Made by a program: the position numbers and the translations under genes. The notes below the pieces were generated by a model. The model worked only from the letters and a program-made list of their open reading frames with translations. It was not told where the DNA came from and made no database searches. From the NCBI GenBank assembly GCA_963845755.1, contig CAWJTV010000021.1, positions 19,239 through 83,238 of the forward strand: a DNA stretch of 64,000 bases, in the 5' to 3' direction. The stretch is from an uncultured Planctomycetota bacterium. Its GTDB lineage: Bacteria > Planctomycetota > Planctomycetia > Isosphaerales > Isosphaeraceae. This document shows, in pieces, positions 45,683-57,672 of the stretch (position 1 is the first letter of the stretch; each line of letters opens with the position of its first letter).

Positions 45683-46438
45683 ATGGGCCTCTGGACGTTC
45701 CTCATCCTGACTTTCTTGCTCCTGATCGTTCCCCGCTGTCTTCTGTCCTCATCGCAACGGGCCCGGTATGCGGGATCCATGCACGAGATTCAGGGGCCGC
45801 TCCGTCTCTTGTACCGGGCCTTTCAGGTCTATTGCCGCTTCTGGCACCAGCTTCGCACCGAAGGCCCCGCGCCTCTCCCCGAGTCCGGGCCCGCGATCTT
45901 GATCGCCAACCACACGTGCGGAATCGACCACCTCCTTCTTCAAGTCTCGAGTCGCCGCCTGCTGGGATTCATGATCGCTCGGGAGTATTACGAGTCGCGC
46001 TGGCTCCGTGGAATCTGCTCGTATATCGGTTGCATCCCGGTCAATCGCAACGGTCGGGATCATGCGGCGATCCGGGCGGCTCTGAAGGCCCTCGAGGAGG
46101 GTCGCGTCCTGCCAATTTTTCCGGAGGGTCGCATCGTGCCGGCCTCGGGCCGCCGGCTGGAAACCATGAAGCCGGGAAGTGCCTACATCGCGATTCGTGC
46201 CCGCGTGCCGGTCGTGCCGGCCTACATTTTCGGCACGCCGCCGACGGATGAGATCCTGGATTCCCTGCTCATGCCCTCGAAGTCTCGGGTGATCTTCGGG
46301 GCACCGATCGATCTTTCGGACCTCTCGACGCGCCAGGCCGGCAATAAAGCGGTGCAGGCGGAGGTCAGCGAACGATTCAAGAACGCCCTCCTGGCCCTCC
46401 AGGCGCGGGCGCTGGCGGACGGTGAGGGAGCGGGCTAA
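45683..46438 (+). CDS. PlsC-type lysophospholipid acyltransferase
   Basis: NHTCGID (HX4D), IPVNR, FPEG, VPVVP. Confidence 0.92.
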   Translation: MGLWTFLILTFLLLIVPRCLLSSSQRARYAGSMHEIQGPLRLLYRAFQVYCRFWHQLRTEGPAPLPESGPAILIANHTCGIDHLLLQVSSRRLLGFMIAREYYESRWLRGICSYIGCIPVNRNGRDHAAIRAALKALEEGRVLPIFPEGRIVPASGRRLETMKPGSAYIAIRARVPVVPAYIFGTPPTDEILDSLLMPSKSRVIFGAPIDLSDLSTRQAGNKAVQAEVSERFKNALLALQARALADGEGAG

Positions 46439-46469
46439 TCGGGGTACACTTGCCCGAGTCGAGCGAATC

Positions 46470-47474
46470 GTGAAGGCTCACGCCATCGACGAGATCCTGG
46501 AGCACTACTCGCAACGGTACTACCCGCTGGCCCAGCCCGTATCGCTAGGCGGGGCCGGCGGGCTCAGCGGGGCCCGACTCTGGAAATACCGCTCGTCGGC
46601 GGGTCACCTGGTATTGCGCGCCTGGCCGCCCCATGGACCCAGTCGCGACCCTCTGGAGCGGATCCATGGCTGGCTGTCGCAGGCGGCCGGACTGGGGTTC
46701 ATCCCGGCGCCGATCCGGGACCGGGCCGGAAACACCCTTCAGGAACACGAGGGCCGATTCTGGGAACTGGCGCCCTGGATGGCCGGGACCACCGATCCCT
46801 CTCGTCCTCCCTCACCGGTCCGCCTCCGATCGGCGTTCACGGCCCTCGCCGCGTTCCATCAGAGTCTTATCGATGACCGGCGTCAGAGCGTATCCCCGGG
46901 CCTCGGGAATCGGTATCACGCCGTATTGCAACTGCTCCAGGGTGGCCTCGACACGCTCGAGCAGGCGATCGCGCTCGCGGGTGGACCTGGCCAGGCCGAG
47001 CTCCGAGACGCAGCGATGCGATGGACCGCCCTGGCCAGGCTTCTCGCCCCTCGGCTCCGGGCTCCACTCCACGAGGCAGCCAGCCGCGTCGTGCCCCTCC
47101 AGCCGTGCCTGCGGGACGCTAGGCCGGAGCACTTCCTCTTCGAAGGCGATCGAATCAGCGGACTGGTCAACTTCGGCGCGATGGGAGTGGACTGCATCGC
47201 CGGAGACCTCGCGCGCCTGATGGGCGAGTGGCTCGATGACGATCCGGCGGCTCGCGCGGAGGCTCTGAACGCCTACGAACGCGTCCGGCACCTGGAAACC
47301 GCCGAGGCTGGTCTCATCGCCGCTTTCGAGTCGGGTTCGGCCCTCCTGATCGGCGAACACTGGATCCGCTGGCATTATGTCGAGAACCGCCGATTCGACG
47401 ACCCGCGAGCGATCGCGCAAGGGATCGACCGCGGACTGGAGCGACTGGAGGACCTGGTGCGCCAGGTAGTTTGA
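46470..47474 (+). CDS. APH/homoserine-kinase type II-like phosphotransferase
   Basis: GGLSG, WELAPWMAG, LRDARPEHFLF...LVNFG, DLARL. Confidence 0.8.
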   Translation: MKAHAIDEILEHYSQRYYPLAQPVSLGGAGGLSGARLWKYRSSAGHLVLRAWPPHGPSRDPLERIHGWLSQAAGLGFIPAPIRDRAGNTLQEHEGRFWELAPWMAGTTDPSRPPSPVRLRSAFTALAAFHQSLIDDRRQSVSPGLGNRYHAVLQLLQGGLDTLEQAIALAGGPGQAELRDAAMRWTALARLLAPRLRAPLHEAASRVVPLQPCLRDARPEHFLFEGDRISGLVNFGAMGVDCIAGDLARLMGEWLDDDPAARAEALNAYERVRHLETAEAGLIAAFESGSALLIGEHWIRWHYVENRRFDDPRAIAQGIDRGLERLEDLVRQVV

Positions 47475-47496
47475 ATCTCGAATCGGGATCGTAGGG

Positions 47497-50400
47497 TCAG
47501 TCCCGCGGCCCGGTTTCCCAGAGTCGGACGACTCCGTCGGCCGAGGCCGCGGCGAGACCGGTGCCGTCGGGGCTGAAGGCGACCCCGAATACGCGATCGC
47601 TCGGGCCTCGCAGAGTCAATACGTCCCGAGCCCGGGCCGGGTCCCAGACGCGGACGGTCTGATCGGCTCCGGCCGAGGCCAGCCGGGTCCCGTCAGGGTT
47701 GAAGGCCAGGCCCATGACCCAGTGGGAATGGCCGACGAGGGTCTGGAGCAATCGGCCCGTGACCGCATCCCAGATGCGGATCGATCGATCGGCTCCGGCG
47801 GATGCCAGTTGCGTTCCACCCGGGCGGAATGCCAGAGCAAAGACCGCGCCGGTGTGTCCTTCAAGCGCCAAGAGAAGTCGGCCTGTCTCGGGGTCCCAGA
47901 TGCGGACGGTCTGATCGGCGCCGGCGGAGGCCAGCCTGGCTCCGTCTGGGCGAAACGCCAGTGCATGGACTGAGCCCACGTGGCCGGTCAGGGCGCGTAT
48001 CTCGCGATGCGTAGCCAGGTCCCAGAGTCGGATCGTCCGCCCGGCCGACTCCGGGCGCGGAGACTTGGCGAGGGGTTCCTGGATCACTTCCGGCGGATCC
48101 CCGCCTCCGGTGGCCATCCGTTGCCCGTCGGGCCGGAACGCGAGGCTGGAAAACCCTTCGCGTTGATCGGAGAACTGGATCGGATCGTCGTCGGTCCGGA
48201 TGTCCCACAACCGAATGATCCGATCGCTCCCCGCGGCCGCCAACCGCGTGCCGGCGGGATCGTAATGGACGGCGAAGAACGTCCCCCAACTGTCCCGGAG
48301 CTTGCGCACAGATGACCGCCCGCAACGCTCCAGATGGCGATGATGTGATCGGTACCCGCCGCGGCCAGCTCGCCGCCCCATGGGGCGAACGCCACACCTC
48401 CGACCCACCGCGGATGGGCGGCCGGTAATGTGTCGTCGCCCCCGCGCGCGCGCCCACCACCCGACGTCGCTTCGAAACGGAACTGCCGCACGGCCGGCTC
48501 GGAATCCGGGTCCCAGACCTTGATCGTCGCATCCTGACTGGCCGAGACCAGAACCTTCCCATCAGGGCTGAATCCGACGTACAGGATCGCGTAGGCGTGC
48601 CCGGGGTAATCGACGATCGGCCGGCCCGTCGCGATGTCCCAGATCGCCACGGAATGGTCGAGACCGCCGACGGCGAGCGTCGCGCCGTTCGGGCTGAACC
48701 CCAGCGCATTGATGCGGCTCGTCGAGGCCGGGAACTGTAAGACCTCGCGGCCCTTCGCTATGTCCCAGATCCGCACGCGACGATCGGCCCCGCCCGACGC
48801 CAGACGCTTCCCGTCCGGGTGGAAGGCCACGCTGATCACCTCGCCCACATGACCACGCAGGATCGAGGTCGCACGCGAATCCGCGCGGCCCGGCTCCCAG
48901 ATCCGGACCGTCCCATCCGATCCGGCCGAGGCGAGTTTCGACCCGTCCGCGCTGAAGGCGACGCCGAAGACCTTCCCGGCGTGGCCGTCGAGCGTCTTCA
49001 CGGGCAACGCGCCGTCCGGATCGGAATCGGCCGCGGATCCCACGTTCCAGATCCGGATCGTCCCGTCCTCTCCGGTCGAAGCGAGCTGAGTGCCGTCGGG
49101 GCGAAACGCAACCCCCATCGCCCAGCCGTCGTGGCCGCGGAACAGATCGCTCAGCTTGCCCGTGCGGATGTTCCACACCCTGATGACCCCGTCCGGGCCG
49201 GTCGTCGCGACCCGGTTCCCCGCACGATCGAAGGTCAGCCCGTACGCCGCGCCGTCGGGCCCGTGGATGTGGTGTTCGAATGAACTGGCGCGTGTGTCCC
49301 AGATCGGGGCCATCAGCACGCCGAGCTTGCATGAGGCCTGGGCGTGTGAGCCCGGTGCGAAGTCGGTGGCGCAGAGCATCGCCGTATGGCCCCGAATCTC
49401 ATGAATCTCGGGATGCAGCCGCCGCTTCAACTGATGCCATTCCCAGTTTCGCAGCCGCTCCGGGCATTCCTCGAGCTTTCGCCCGGCCTGGTCCGGATCG
49501 TGGTTCGCAATCGCCTGCTCCGCGGCGAGGATCCGGTCGAAATACTGGTCCTCCTCCATCCGCTGCTTGCGCTCTCGCGATTGCAACAATTGCGATCGAA
49601 TCCGAGCGAGATCCTGGCCTTTAAGGTCAACCACCTGCTGGAGCCGGGAGGTGGAGAGCAGGGCACGGACGGCCACGACGGTGGCGGATACGGCAACGAC
49701 TCCGACGACCAGCAAGGCGGCGATCCACGGCCGGCGGCGGACCCACTTGGCCAGGCGGCCGGGGATCGTCGCGGGCCGGGCGCGGATCGGCAGGTGAACC
49801 AGCCAGCGCCTCCAGGTCCTCGGCCAGGTCCTCGGCCGAGGCATAGCGCCGCGATGGGGCTTTCTCCAGGCATTTCAGGACGATCGTCTCGAGGTCGCGA
49901 TCGACCCGGGAAGTGAGCGACCGAGGCCGCGCCGGCTCCTGCTCGCGGACGGATCGGAGCGTCTCGAGCGCCGTCTCGGCGCGAAAGGGAGATCGGCCGG
50001 TCAGCAGCTCGTACAGGATCACGCCCAGGGCGTGGATGTCGAACGGCCGTGGTGATGGCCTCGCGGGTCCCCTCGGCCTGCTCGGGTGCCATGTAGCTGG
50101 GCGTGCCCACAATCGAGCCGGATTGGGTCAACTCGCTGGCCATCGGGCCGCCGACCCGCTTGGCCAGGCCGAAGTCCGTGACCAGCGGGGTCCACTGGTC
50201 GAGCGCCGGCTCGGCCAGGCCGCTCAGGAGGATATTCGCCGGTTTCAGGTCCCGGTGGAGGATGCCCCTTTGGTGGGCATAGTGCACCGCGCGGGCGACC
50301 GTCGCTACCAGCTTCGCCGCGGCGCGGGGATCGGTCACGAAGCGCCCGGAATGCGCCGCGAGATTGCCGCCGTCGACCAGCTTCATGCTGAAGTAATGAT

Positions 50401-51040
50401 GCCCCTCGTGCTCGCCGACCTCGTAGATCGGGACGATGTGGGGATGGTCCAGATGCGCCGCGGCCTCGGCTTCCAGGCGAAACCGCTGGAGGTCGTCGGT
50501 CGTGGCGAACCGCCCGGCCCGGACCATCTTCAGCGCCAGCACGCGGTCCAGGCTGACTTGCCGGGCCTTGAAGACGACGCCCATCCCGCCTTCCGCGATG
50601 ATCTCGATCAGCTCATAATCGCCGAAGTAGCAGACGCGCCCTGCCGCGAGCGATGGGTTGTCCATCTCGCCGCTTGCGGCGTCGGGCACGCCGAGATCCC
50701 CGCCCTTTCCCGGAGATTCCACCCGGACGGCCTTCCGTAATGGAAGCACGGCCGGCGTCCGATCCGACGGATCGGCCTGGAGCGGCAGACGCGGCGAATC
50801 GCCGGCCATCCGCCGGTCGCGGAGTGGCGCCGTCATCCGATCGAGATGCTCCTGGTTCGCGAAGAACGACGCCAGCTCGGCGGCCAGGTCGGGATGCTCC
50901 GCCAGCAGCGCCGATCGGTCCGGTGCCCGGGCCGCCTCGAGCGCTTCCAGGTAGGCCGCGATCACCTCGTTGAGTCGCGTCTCGCGATCGTCTTCGGGAC
51001 CTCGGCGGTAACTTCGAGAACTCGCGGGAATGCCGGCCAT
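47497..51040 (-). CDS. Ser/Thr protein kinase with TM segment and C-terminal WD40 repeats (several frameshifts)
   Basis: [42 protein letters not shown]; many GH...WD repeats. Confidence 0.92.
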
Positions 51041-51318
51041 GCCTTCGCCTCAGGGATGATGGGAGCGCTTCACGAATGAGTTGCGCACGCCACGTTGCGG
51101 GTGTGGCACCCGCGCGACACGAGCGCGGGCGCCCGAGGGCCATCCGCCTGATAACAGGTGGAGGAACAGGTGCGTCGACCGAACCACGATTTATCACCTT
51201 CAATATTATAAATAATTTATTCAGATATTAACATAGATTGTGTCATCCGATTTATGTTAGCCCTGGCATCGTGAATCCTGGATCTCGAATCCGGTCTCCG
51301 ACGCCGCCAACCGGGCCT

Positions 51319-51921
51319 CTACGCCGGATCGAGTCGCATCCGAAGCGACTTCATCCCTCGGTGGAGCTGTCCGGCTACGGCCGCCTTGGTGGAGCCGAGC
51401 TCGGCGGCGATCTCGGCCAGCGGCATGCCGTGGAGGTGATGCAGCTCGATGGCGCGGCGCTGGGCTTCGGGCAGTCCGGCCAGGACCTCGGCCAACCGCA
51501 GCAGCTCCTCCTGGCGGATGGCTCGCTGGCTCGGCGACGACTGCTCCGCGGCCAGCCACCGTTCCAGGCGCGAGGCCGATCGCTCGAGAGCGGCGTCCAG
51601 CGACCATTCCCGACGGACATCTCGTTTCTGGGCCGCCAGCTTGCGGAGCGAGTCGGCCAGGTTGTGGCTCAGGATCGAGCGCAGCCACGCGATGGTGACC
51701 TGGTCGGTTTGCTCCCGGTTCGGACGATCCTTAAGTGCTTCATGAGCCTCGAGAAGCGTCTGCTGCACCACGCCGGATAAATCCACCTTGTTACGGAGCG
51801 AGGGAACGACCTCCAACCGGGCCAGGAGGCCCAGGTAAGCGCGGAACCGCTCCAGCTCGTCAACCTGCAATAGCCGTCCCGTCGATCGCTGTGCTTCGCC
51901 GGTTGGAGGCATCGGGGTCAC
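51319..51921 (-). CDS. ECF sigma factor, planctomycete kinase-associated type
   Basis: DLSGVVQQTLLEAH, WLRSIL, SSPSQ, LPEAQR, EIAAELG. Confidence 0.92.
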   Translation of the reverse strand: MTPMPPTGEAQRSTGRLLQVDELERFRAYLGLLARLEVVPSLRNKVDLSGVVQQTLLEAHEALKDRPNREQTDQVTIAWLRSILSHNLADSLRKLAAQKRDVRREWSLDAALERSASRLERWLAAEQSSPSQRAIRQEELLRLAEVLAGLPEAQRRAIELHHLHGMPLAEIAAELGSTKAAVAGQLHRGMKSLRMRLDPA

Positions 51922-52035
51922 TGTTGTCCTCTCGGCCGACGGATTGAGAATAACCAGAGGGCGGCGCCGACCTTTCAGGATAATCGGTAGGCGGCGCCCC
52001 GTGTCCAGAGATCCGAACGCGAATCGCGGTCGATC

Positions 52036-54017
52036 TCACAATTTCGGGAGGATTGCCCCGGATGCCGATGCGGCGTTCAGTTCGACCTGGCCCCGGAGTG
52101 TCGCCCACTCCGTCTCGGCCCGGTCAGAATGGCCCTGGGCGTCGAGTAACAGAACCAAGAGCACGCGACGGACGCGATCGTCGGTCGGTTGGGAGCAGCC
52201 GACCGAGCCACGATCGACCTTGTCCTGGAGCGCGTCGATCGTCCGATCGGCCTGACCGCTCCGCACCAGGCACTGGGCGTAGGCGCGACCAACCCACCAG
52301 TCGCGGAGCCACGCGGATGCTGCGGGGTTCGGATTGACGAGGATCGATCGGACCTGGCCATCGAGCCGGCGGGCATACTCTTCGGCGGCACGACGATCGT
52401 CGCCCATCGCCTCGTAGAGGGCGGCCCGGATCTCCAGCGTGCCGGGATCATCGGCCTGAGCGGATTTCGACGGCTCAGGGCGGCTCCGGATCTCTCGCCA
52501 CAAGACGGTCGCTTCGGCGCGGGCCTCGTCGGCCATCCCGATCTCGCGGAGCAATCGCGCCAGCTGGATGCGAATCTGCATGGGGTCGGTGTTGAGCCGC
52601 TTACCGTCGGTCGCATCGTGAACTGCGGCCCGGAGATCGGTCACCATTTCGGTGAGGAGCAGCCGGCGGCAGACCTGGCGCACGCGGTCGTCGCGCGTGG
52701 TCCTGGCGATCCGTCGCACGATCGGCTCGACATAACGGCCCTGGTCGCGGAGATACGCGAACGACTCCCGACGCCGTGCCGCGTCCGTCCCGGCCAGGTC
52801 GCGCACTGCGGCCTCGGCCCGATACTCCCGATCGGCGCTGAGCAGCTCCAGGCGGCCGACCATGACCCGCACCACCTCCCGCGGCTTCGGCGCGATCGAG
52901 ATCGGAATGAACGCATCGGTCCACGACTGCGGGAGCACGAAGAGGATTCGGATCCCTTCGTTCTGGAAGTAGCTGGTCTTCCAGGTGTTGACCATCGCGC
53001 GCGCCTCCTTGGCATAGAGCCCCGATTCGGTCAATTTGGCGGCGAGCGCGTCGGCGAGTCTCTCCGTGAACTCGGCCATCGGTCGGGCATGATCCATCGA
53101 TGGGATCACGCCCGTCGCCTGCTCGCCGGGCCGGAGGGCAGGGCGGTAGCCAAAGGACCCACGACCGTTCTCGACTCTGAGGATAAAGATGTGCCGGACC
53201 CCTTCGCCGAGCGAAGGCTCGCGCTCGAGTCCCAGCGTCCCGCCATCTTGGGCATCGGCCCGCATCGGCATCCGCGCCTGGCCCAGGCCGCGGTAGAACA
53301 GGAACCGCTCGTACTCGGGGTGCGAGGGCTCATTGGTCCCATCTATGGTCTTGACGAACGCCGCATCGACGTCCCGCGCGTAGTTCCAGAGTGCCTCGCT
53401 GCCGGCCTCCGGCAGGGCGAACGTGGTCGGCAGGGCGCGGCCCCGTACCGCTTGTGGGTTTGCATCGGGACCTGCGAGGCGGGGATCACGTCGGCGAACC
53501 AGCAGATCCGGCCGTCTTTCAGGCGATCCGGCGCCTGGGCCTGTTCCAGCAGCGAGGGTCGGACCACTGCGGCCTGCGGATACCACTGCGTCCAGATGCC
53601 CTCACGAAAACCGACGCCGACCCGCACGCGCAACGGTCGCGACGTGTAGAAGAAGATCACCGGCGTCTCGCCTTTGAGCAACATGATCGGAAGGCGCAGT
53701 TGATCGCGGGACCGGCTGTGCACGAACGACGGCAGGGCATGCTCCTCGTGATACATGCCATCCAGCCCCGTCCCATCCGAGGCGTTCATCCCGAGAAACG
53801 TCCCCCACTCGTGGACGACCAGGTCGCTAGCACCGGGATTGGCGGCCTGCGCCGCGATCGAGACGACCGGCACCGTCAGAGACCCCGACTTCCCCTTTCC
53901 GGGATCGTCCGAGCCCGACGGCGACGACGTGGCCATCGTCCCCACCACGGCGATCGAAGCGATCGCCAGCACGGTCCACGTGATCCCTCGACGACAAACG
54001 TGACGAATCCCAACCAT
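52036..54017 (-). CDS. Conserved exported hypothetical protein (frameshift ~53440)
   Basis: Signal peptide; VHEWGTF, ETPVIFFY, TQWYP, FLFYRGLG, GLYAKEARAMVNTW. Confidence 0.75.
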
Positions 54018-54212
54018 TGCCGGCTCCTTTCAGTCACCTCAGCACTCCACCGCGATCGGCCGGGGGCCACGCTGGCCGGACCGGACTCTTGCTCGATCGA
54101 GCTGTCGCGGGACGATCGCTGTTGCAGTCGTCTATCCACTGAGGCGGAGAACGTCGGTCGGGAGAGCGCGTAATCCCCGAGAAAGTCCACCGCACTCCGA
54201 GTCGGTTCCCAA

Positions 54213-54423
54213 AGCCCCGGCGGGGCGACCGGACGTAGCCAGGGACGTGAACCCCTGGACGATCGGCCGCCACCCCCCTCGACCGTCTTCGAGGCCCGGA
54301 GGGGCGACAGAAATCCCCAGGAGCACAGGGTTTCTGTCGCCCCGCCGGGGCTTTCCCCAACGGAGTCTCCTCGTCGAGGGGCTCACGCCCCTCGCTACGG
54401 GTTTCCGCCCCCATTCAGGGGCT
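54213..54423. repeat. REP/REPIN-like nested palindrome
   Basis: Outer arms AGCCCC..GGGGCG..GTAGCCAGGG..CCCCTGGAC / GTCGAGGGG..CCCTCGCTAC..CGCCCC..GGGGCT; inner pair GGGGCGACAGAAA / TTTCTGTCGCCCC. Confidence 0.75.
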
Positions 54424-54910
54424 CGGGAAAGGTCTTCATGGAACCGACTCTCAGTCGTCTTGCCCCGGACACTTCTTCCGCACCGCGATCGTCCTGTTGA
54501 TTCGCAGGAGGCGATATCACCTGATGACCGATTGGAATCGCACGGAACCGCACGCCTCGCGGAACGCCAGGGATGCTTCAAACCCACTCCATCTCACGGT
54601 TTCGGAAGCGCCTAGCGTCGAATCGTGGCGATGATTGGCGGGCCGCGCGAAAAAATTCCTGTTTTCAGGAACAACCCTCTTGCATTCCCCCGTGCAGGGA
54701 GATACAACGCACTTTCCAATATCACCAAGCCGATCTCGACCGCATGGGGGTTGCATTCCGATCGCCCCGATTGCCGCGGTGATTGCCGATTCTGACCCCT
54801 TCGGATCCCGACCGACTCGTCCAGCTTGTCGTGCTGACTCTTGATCACGTCTCTTGCGGCGTGGAAGATCCGCGCCGTGGACTGCCGCTTGAAGTCATTG
54901 AGGAAACAGC

Positions 54911-55227
54911 ATGCATTTGCGGTGGCGATTTCGGAGCTGGGTCCTTTTCATCGTCTTTGTGGCTCTGGTAATGAGCGTAATTGCCGGAGTCTTGCGCCGT
55001 CGGGAGGGGTTCGATCGCATCAGACGTTATCATCGAATGGCTTGGATTCATCTTGATTTCGTAGCCCAGTGGGTGGCCGGTGGTCGTCGAGGGGATTACT
55101 TTGGCGATCGTGAGATTCTGGGGATCGCGCAAGAAAGGGGAATCAGAACAGAGGAAGTCACTGACGACTATCTCGAGCGGTTACTCTCAGACGCGTCAGA
55201 TTATCGCAGAAGATTGACCGAAACATA
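54911..55227 (+). pseudogene. Hypothetical protein (N-terminal TM) truncated by IS630
   Basis: MHLRWRFRSWVLFIVFVALV...; ORF reads into the IS end at a TA. Confidence 0.55.
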
Positions 55228-55568
55228 TTACGGGGAGCAGGTTGTATTGGACAAATTCATCCCTGTGCGTACTTGGTTGACCGATGGCGAAAGTAACTCC
55301 TCACGATCTCCGGATGTCCCTGGGTACTGCGCAGGTACGAGCGGAGGTCCAGCATCATTTCCGGCTTGTTGTGTGGTCGCCGCCGTCGCACGGCATTGCT
55401 CTTGACATCTTGGTTCAGATACTCGTCGGGGTTCAGCTCCGGGCTGTAGGTCGGCAGAGGAAACACCTCGATCCGAGCTGCGTGACCCCGCAACCAGCGC
55501 TCGACCGCCGCCGCTTCATGCACCGGATGCCGATCCCAGATCAGAAAGATCTTCTGCTTCGCTTGCCG
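55226..55568 (-). mobile_element. IS630-family remnant (transposase 3' end plus right end)
   Basis: IFLIWDRHPVH...LPTYSPELNPDEYLN (DDE_3); terminal ...CTCCCCGTAATA. Confidence 0.8.
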
Positions 55569-55781
55569 GAGTGCGTCCGGTGAACCACATCTTCAAAGCG
55601 GTTCACGGGCGTGAGATGATGTTCGGGGCACCGTCTTGATTCTTTCACTGTGCTCGGCGCACGCGATCATCCCGCGCTCGCGCCGGGCCGAGACGAACTT
55701 GGGGCGGGACAAACCTTGAGGGGCGCGCGCAATCGCCCCGCGCTCGTCCGGGGTGACGAGGAGCGCGGGGCTCGGGTGCGG

Positions 55782-57356
55782 TCACTCAGTCCCGTCGGCG
55801 CCGGCCTGGTGCAACTCCTGCCAGCGGTCCGGCAGCAGTTCGTCGATCCGCTTCGCCGGGTGCGTGCTGATCCGATCGAGCCCATCGCGGAGGTAAGCCT
55901 GGGGGTCGATCCCCAGATTCTTGCAGGTCGTGCACAAGCTCATCAACACGGCCGCCGTCTGGCCTCCCTGGTCGCTCCCCGCGAATAACCAGTTCTTCCG
56001 TCCCAGCGCCACGGGCTTGAACGCGCGCGCGCACGCACCGTTGTCCAGTTCGAGGAACCCGGCCTCCAACGGACGCTTCAGGGCCTCCCAATGGTTCAAG
56101 GCATACTGGATCGCTTCGCCGATCGGACTCTTGGGCAGAACCTTGGGCTGCTCGGCTTCCAGCCAGGCGTGAAACTTGTCGAAGATCGAACGCGATCGCT
56201 CGTTTCGCAGTTCGTGCCGGAACGCGACGAAGGCCTCGTAGTCCGCGGTCGTGCGCTTCTTGGCGTCGCGTTCGACGTCGTAGAGCAGGCTGATCCATGC
56301 CAGCGCCTGATGGGACCGTTGCGGGTTGACGGTCCGCGCCTCGTAGAACTTCCGTCGCGCGTGCATCATGCAGCCGACCTCGATAATCTCGCCCGACTTG
56401 TACAGGCCGTCGTAGGCCGAATAGGCGTCGGCCTGGAGATAACCCTGGAAGTCCTTGAAGATCTCCCGGGGCCCGGTGGCGCTGCGGTCCGGCGTGTAGC
56501 GATAGACCACGTAAGGATGGCCGCGGTCGCCGACGGAGACCCAGAGCCGGCCGGTCTTGATCCCCTTGCCGTCGTGGTCCTGCACCGGCACCGTCGTGTC
56601 GTCGTTCTGGACGACCCTGGAGCTGAGGATCTTCTTCAGCATCAGATCGACGATCGGCTTGAGCAGATCGGCGATCGTGGCCATCCAGTCGCACATCGTT
56701 GACCGCGACAACTCGACGCCCGAGCGATCGAGGATTCCCTCGAGGCGATAGAGCGGCAAGTGATCGGCATATTTGCTGACGGCGACGTAAGCCAGCAGCC
56801 CCGGGCCTGGCAGGCCCTTGTCGATCGGCTCGGGGAGCACGTCGGCGATCACGACGTTGGCCTGGCAGTCCTGGCAAGCGTACTTGGGGCGGATGTGTTC
56901 GAGGATGACCAGGCGGGCGGGGATGAATTCGAGTTGCTCGCGGACTTCCCGGCCGATGCAGGTGCGCTCGGCGCCGCAGTCGGGGCAAGTGCGTTGTTCG
57001 GGCGGGACGTCGTGCAAGACCGGCACTCGGGGCAGGCTCGCCGGCAACGGCTTGCGTCCGTGGCCCTTCTTCTGGGCCGCACTCGGAGCGGGCGTCGGGG
57101 CCGGGGCCGGCTCCGGGGTCGGGGCGGGTGTCGGCGCCGCCTCGGCCTGCTCCAGGATCTCCCGGGCGAAGAGCAAGAGCTGGGCCGGGTCGATCCGCTC
57201 CCCTTTGGGACCGTAGCGCTGGCGGAGGAGCTGCTCGAGCTGGTGCTGGAGCTTCTCGTTGAGATGGACCTGCTGGGCGAGCGACTTGAGCAGCTCACGG
57301 ATGAGCTGATGGGCCGCCTCCAGGTCGTCCGGGAGTGGGTCCGCGAGGGTGATCAT
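55782..57356 (-). CDS. tnpC: IS66 DDE transposase TnpC
   Basis: CPDCG, KYADHLPLYR, DDT, LQADAY, CMMHARRKF, DNG..AR..K, GRKNWLFAGS. Confidence 0.95.
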   Translation of the reverse strand: MITLADPLPDDLEAAHQLIRELLKSLAQQVHLNEKLQHQLEQLLRQRYGPKGERIDPAQLLLFAREILEQAEAAPTPAPTPEPAPAPTPAPSAAQKKGHGRKPLPASLPRVPVLHDVPPEQRTCPDCGAERTCIGREVREQLEFIPARLVILEHIRPKYACQDCQANVVIADVLPEPIDKGLPGPGLLAYVAVSKYADHLPLYRLEGILDRSGVELSRSTMCDWMATIADLLKPIVDLMLKKILSSRVVQNDDTTVPVQDHDGKGIKTGRLWVSVGDRGHPYVVYRYTPDRSATGPREIFKDFQGYLQADAYSAYDGLYKSGEIIEVGCMMHARRKFYEARTVNPQRSHQALAWISLLYDVERDAKKRTTADYEAFVAFRHELRNERSRSIFDKFHAWLEAEQPKVLPKSPIGEAIQYALNHWEALKRPLEAGFLELDNGACARAFKPVALGRKNWLFAGSDQGGQTAAVLMSLCTTCKNLGIDPQAYLRDGLDRISTHPAKRIDELLPDRWQELHQAGADGTE

Positions 57357-57395
57357 ACCCTATACTACGTTGACGGGTGCTCGATTGTTGGCGCA

Positions 57396-57582
57396 TTATG
57401 CTCCTGTCGGTAGATTATTCTCCGAATTTCGAAGGGGAGTGGCGGGCCGCGAGTAGCGGACGCGCCGTCGGGCCTTGTCCAGATCGATGCCGGCCAGGAG
57501 GGCGGCGAGTTCGGCGGTGGTCATCTCGACGCGATCGGCCGCCGCGTCCGGGATGCGGAAGGTGCCGCGTTCGAGCCTCTTG
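57396..57582 (-). pseudogene. tnpB: IS66 TnpB 3' half
   Basis: KRLERGTF...AELAALLAGIDL. Confidence 0.88.
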
Positions 57583-57672
57583 ATGCTGGCATCACAGGAC
57601 CCTCGTTCTTGTGGCGTTACACAAATCCTGAGACGTTGGGCTACTGCCGCCACGAATCGGCGGCCTCTCTTG

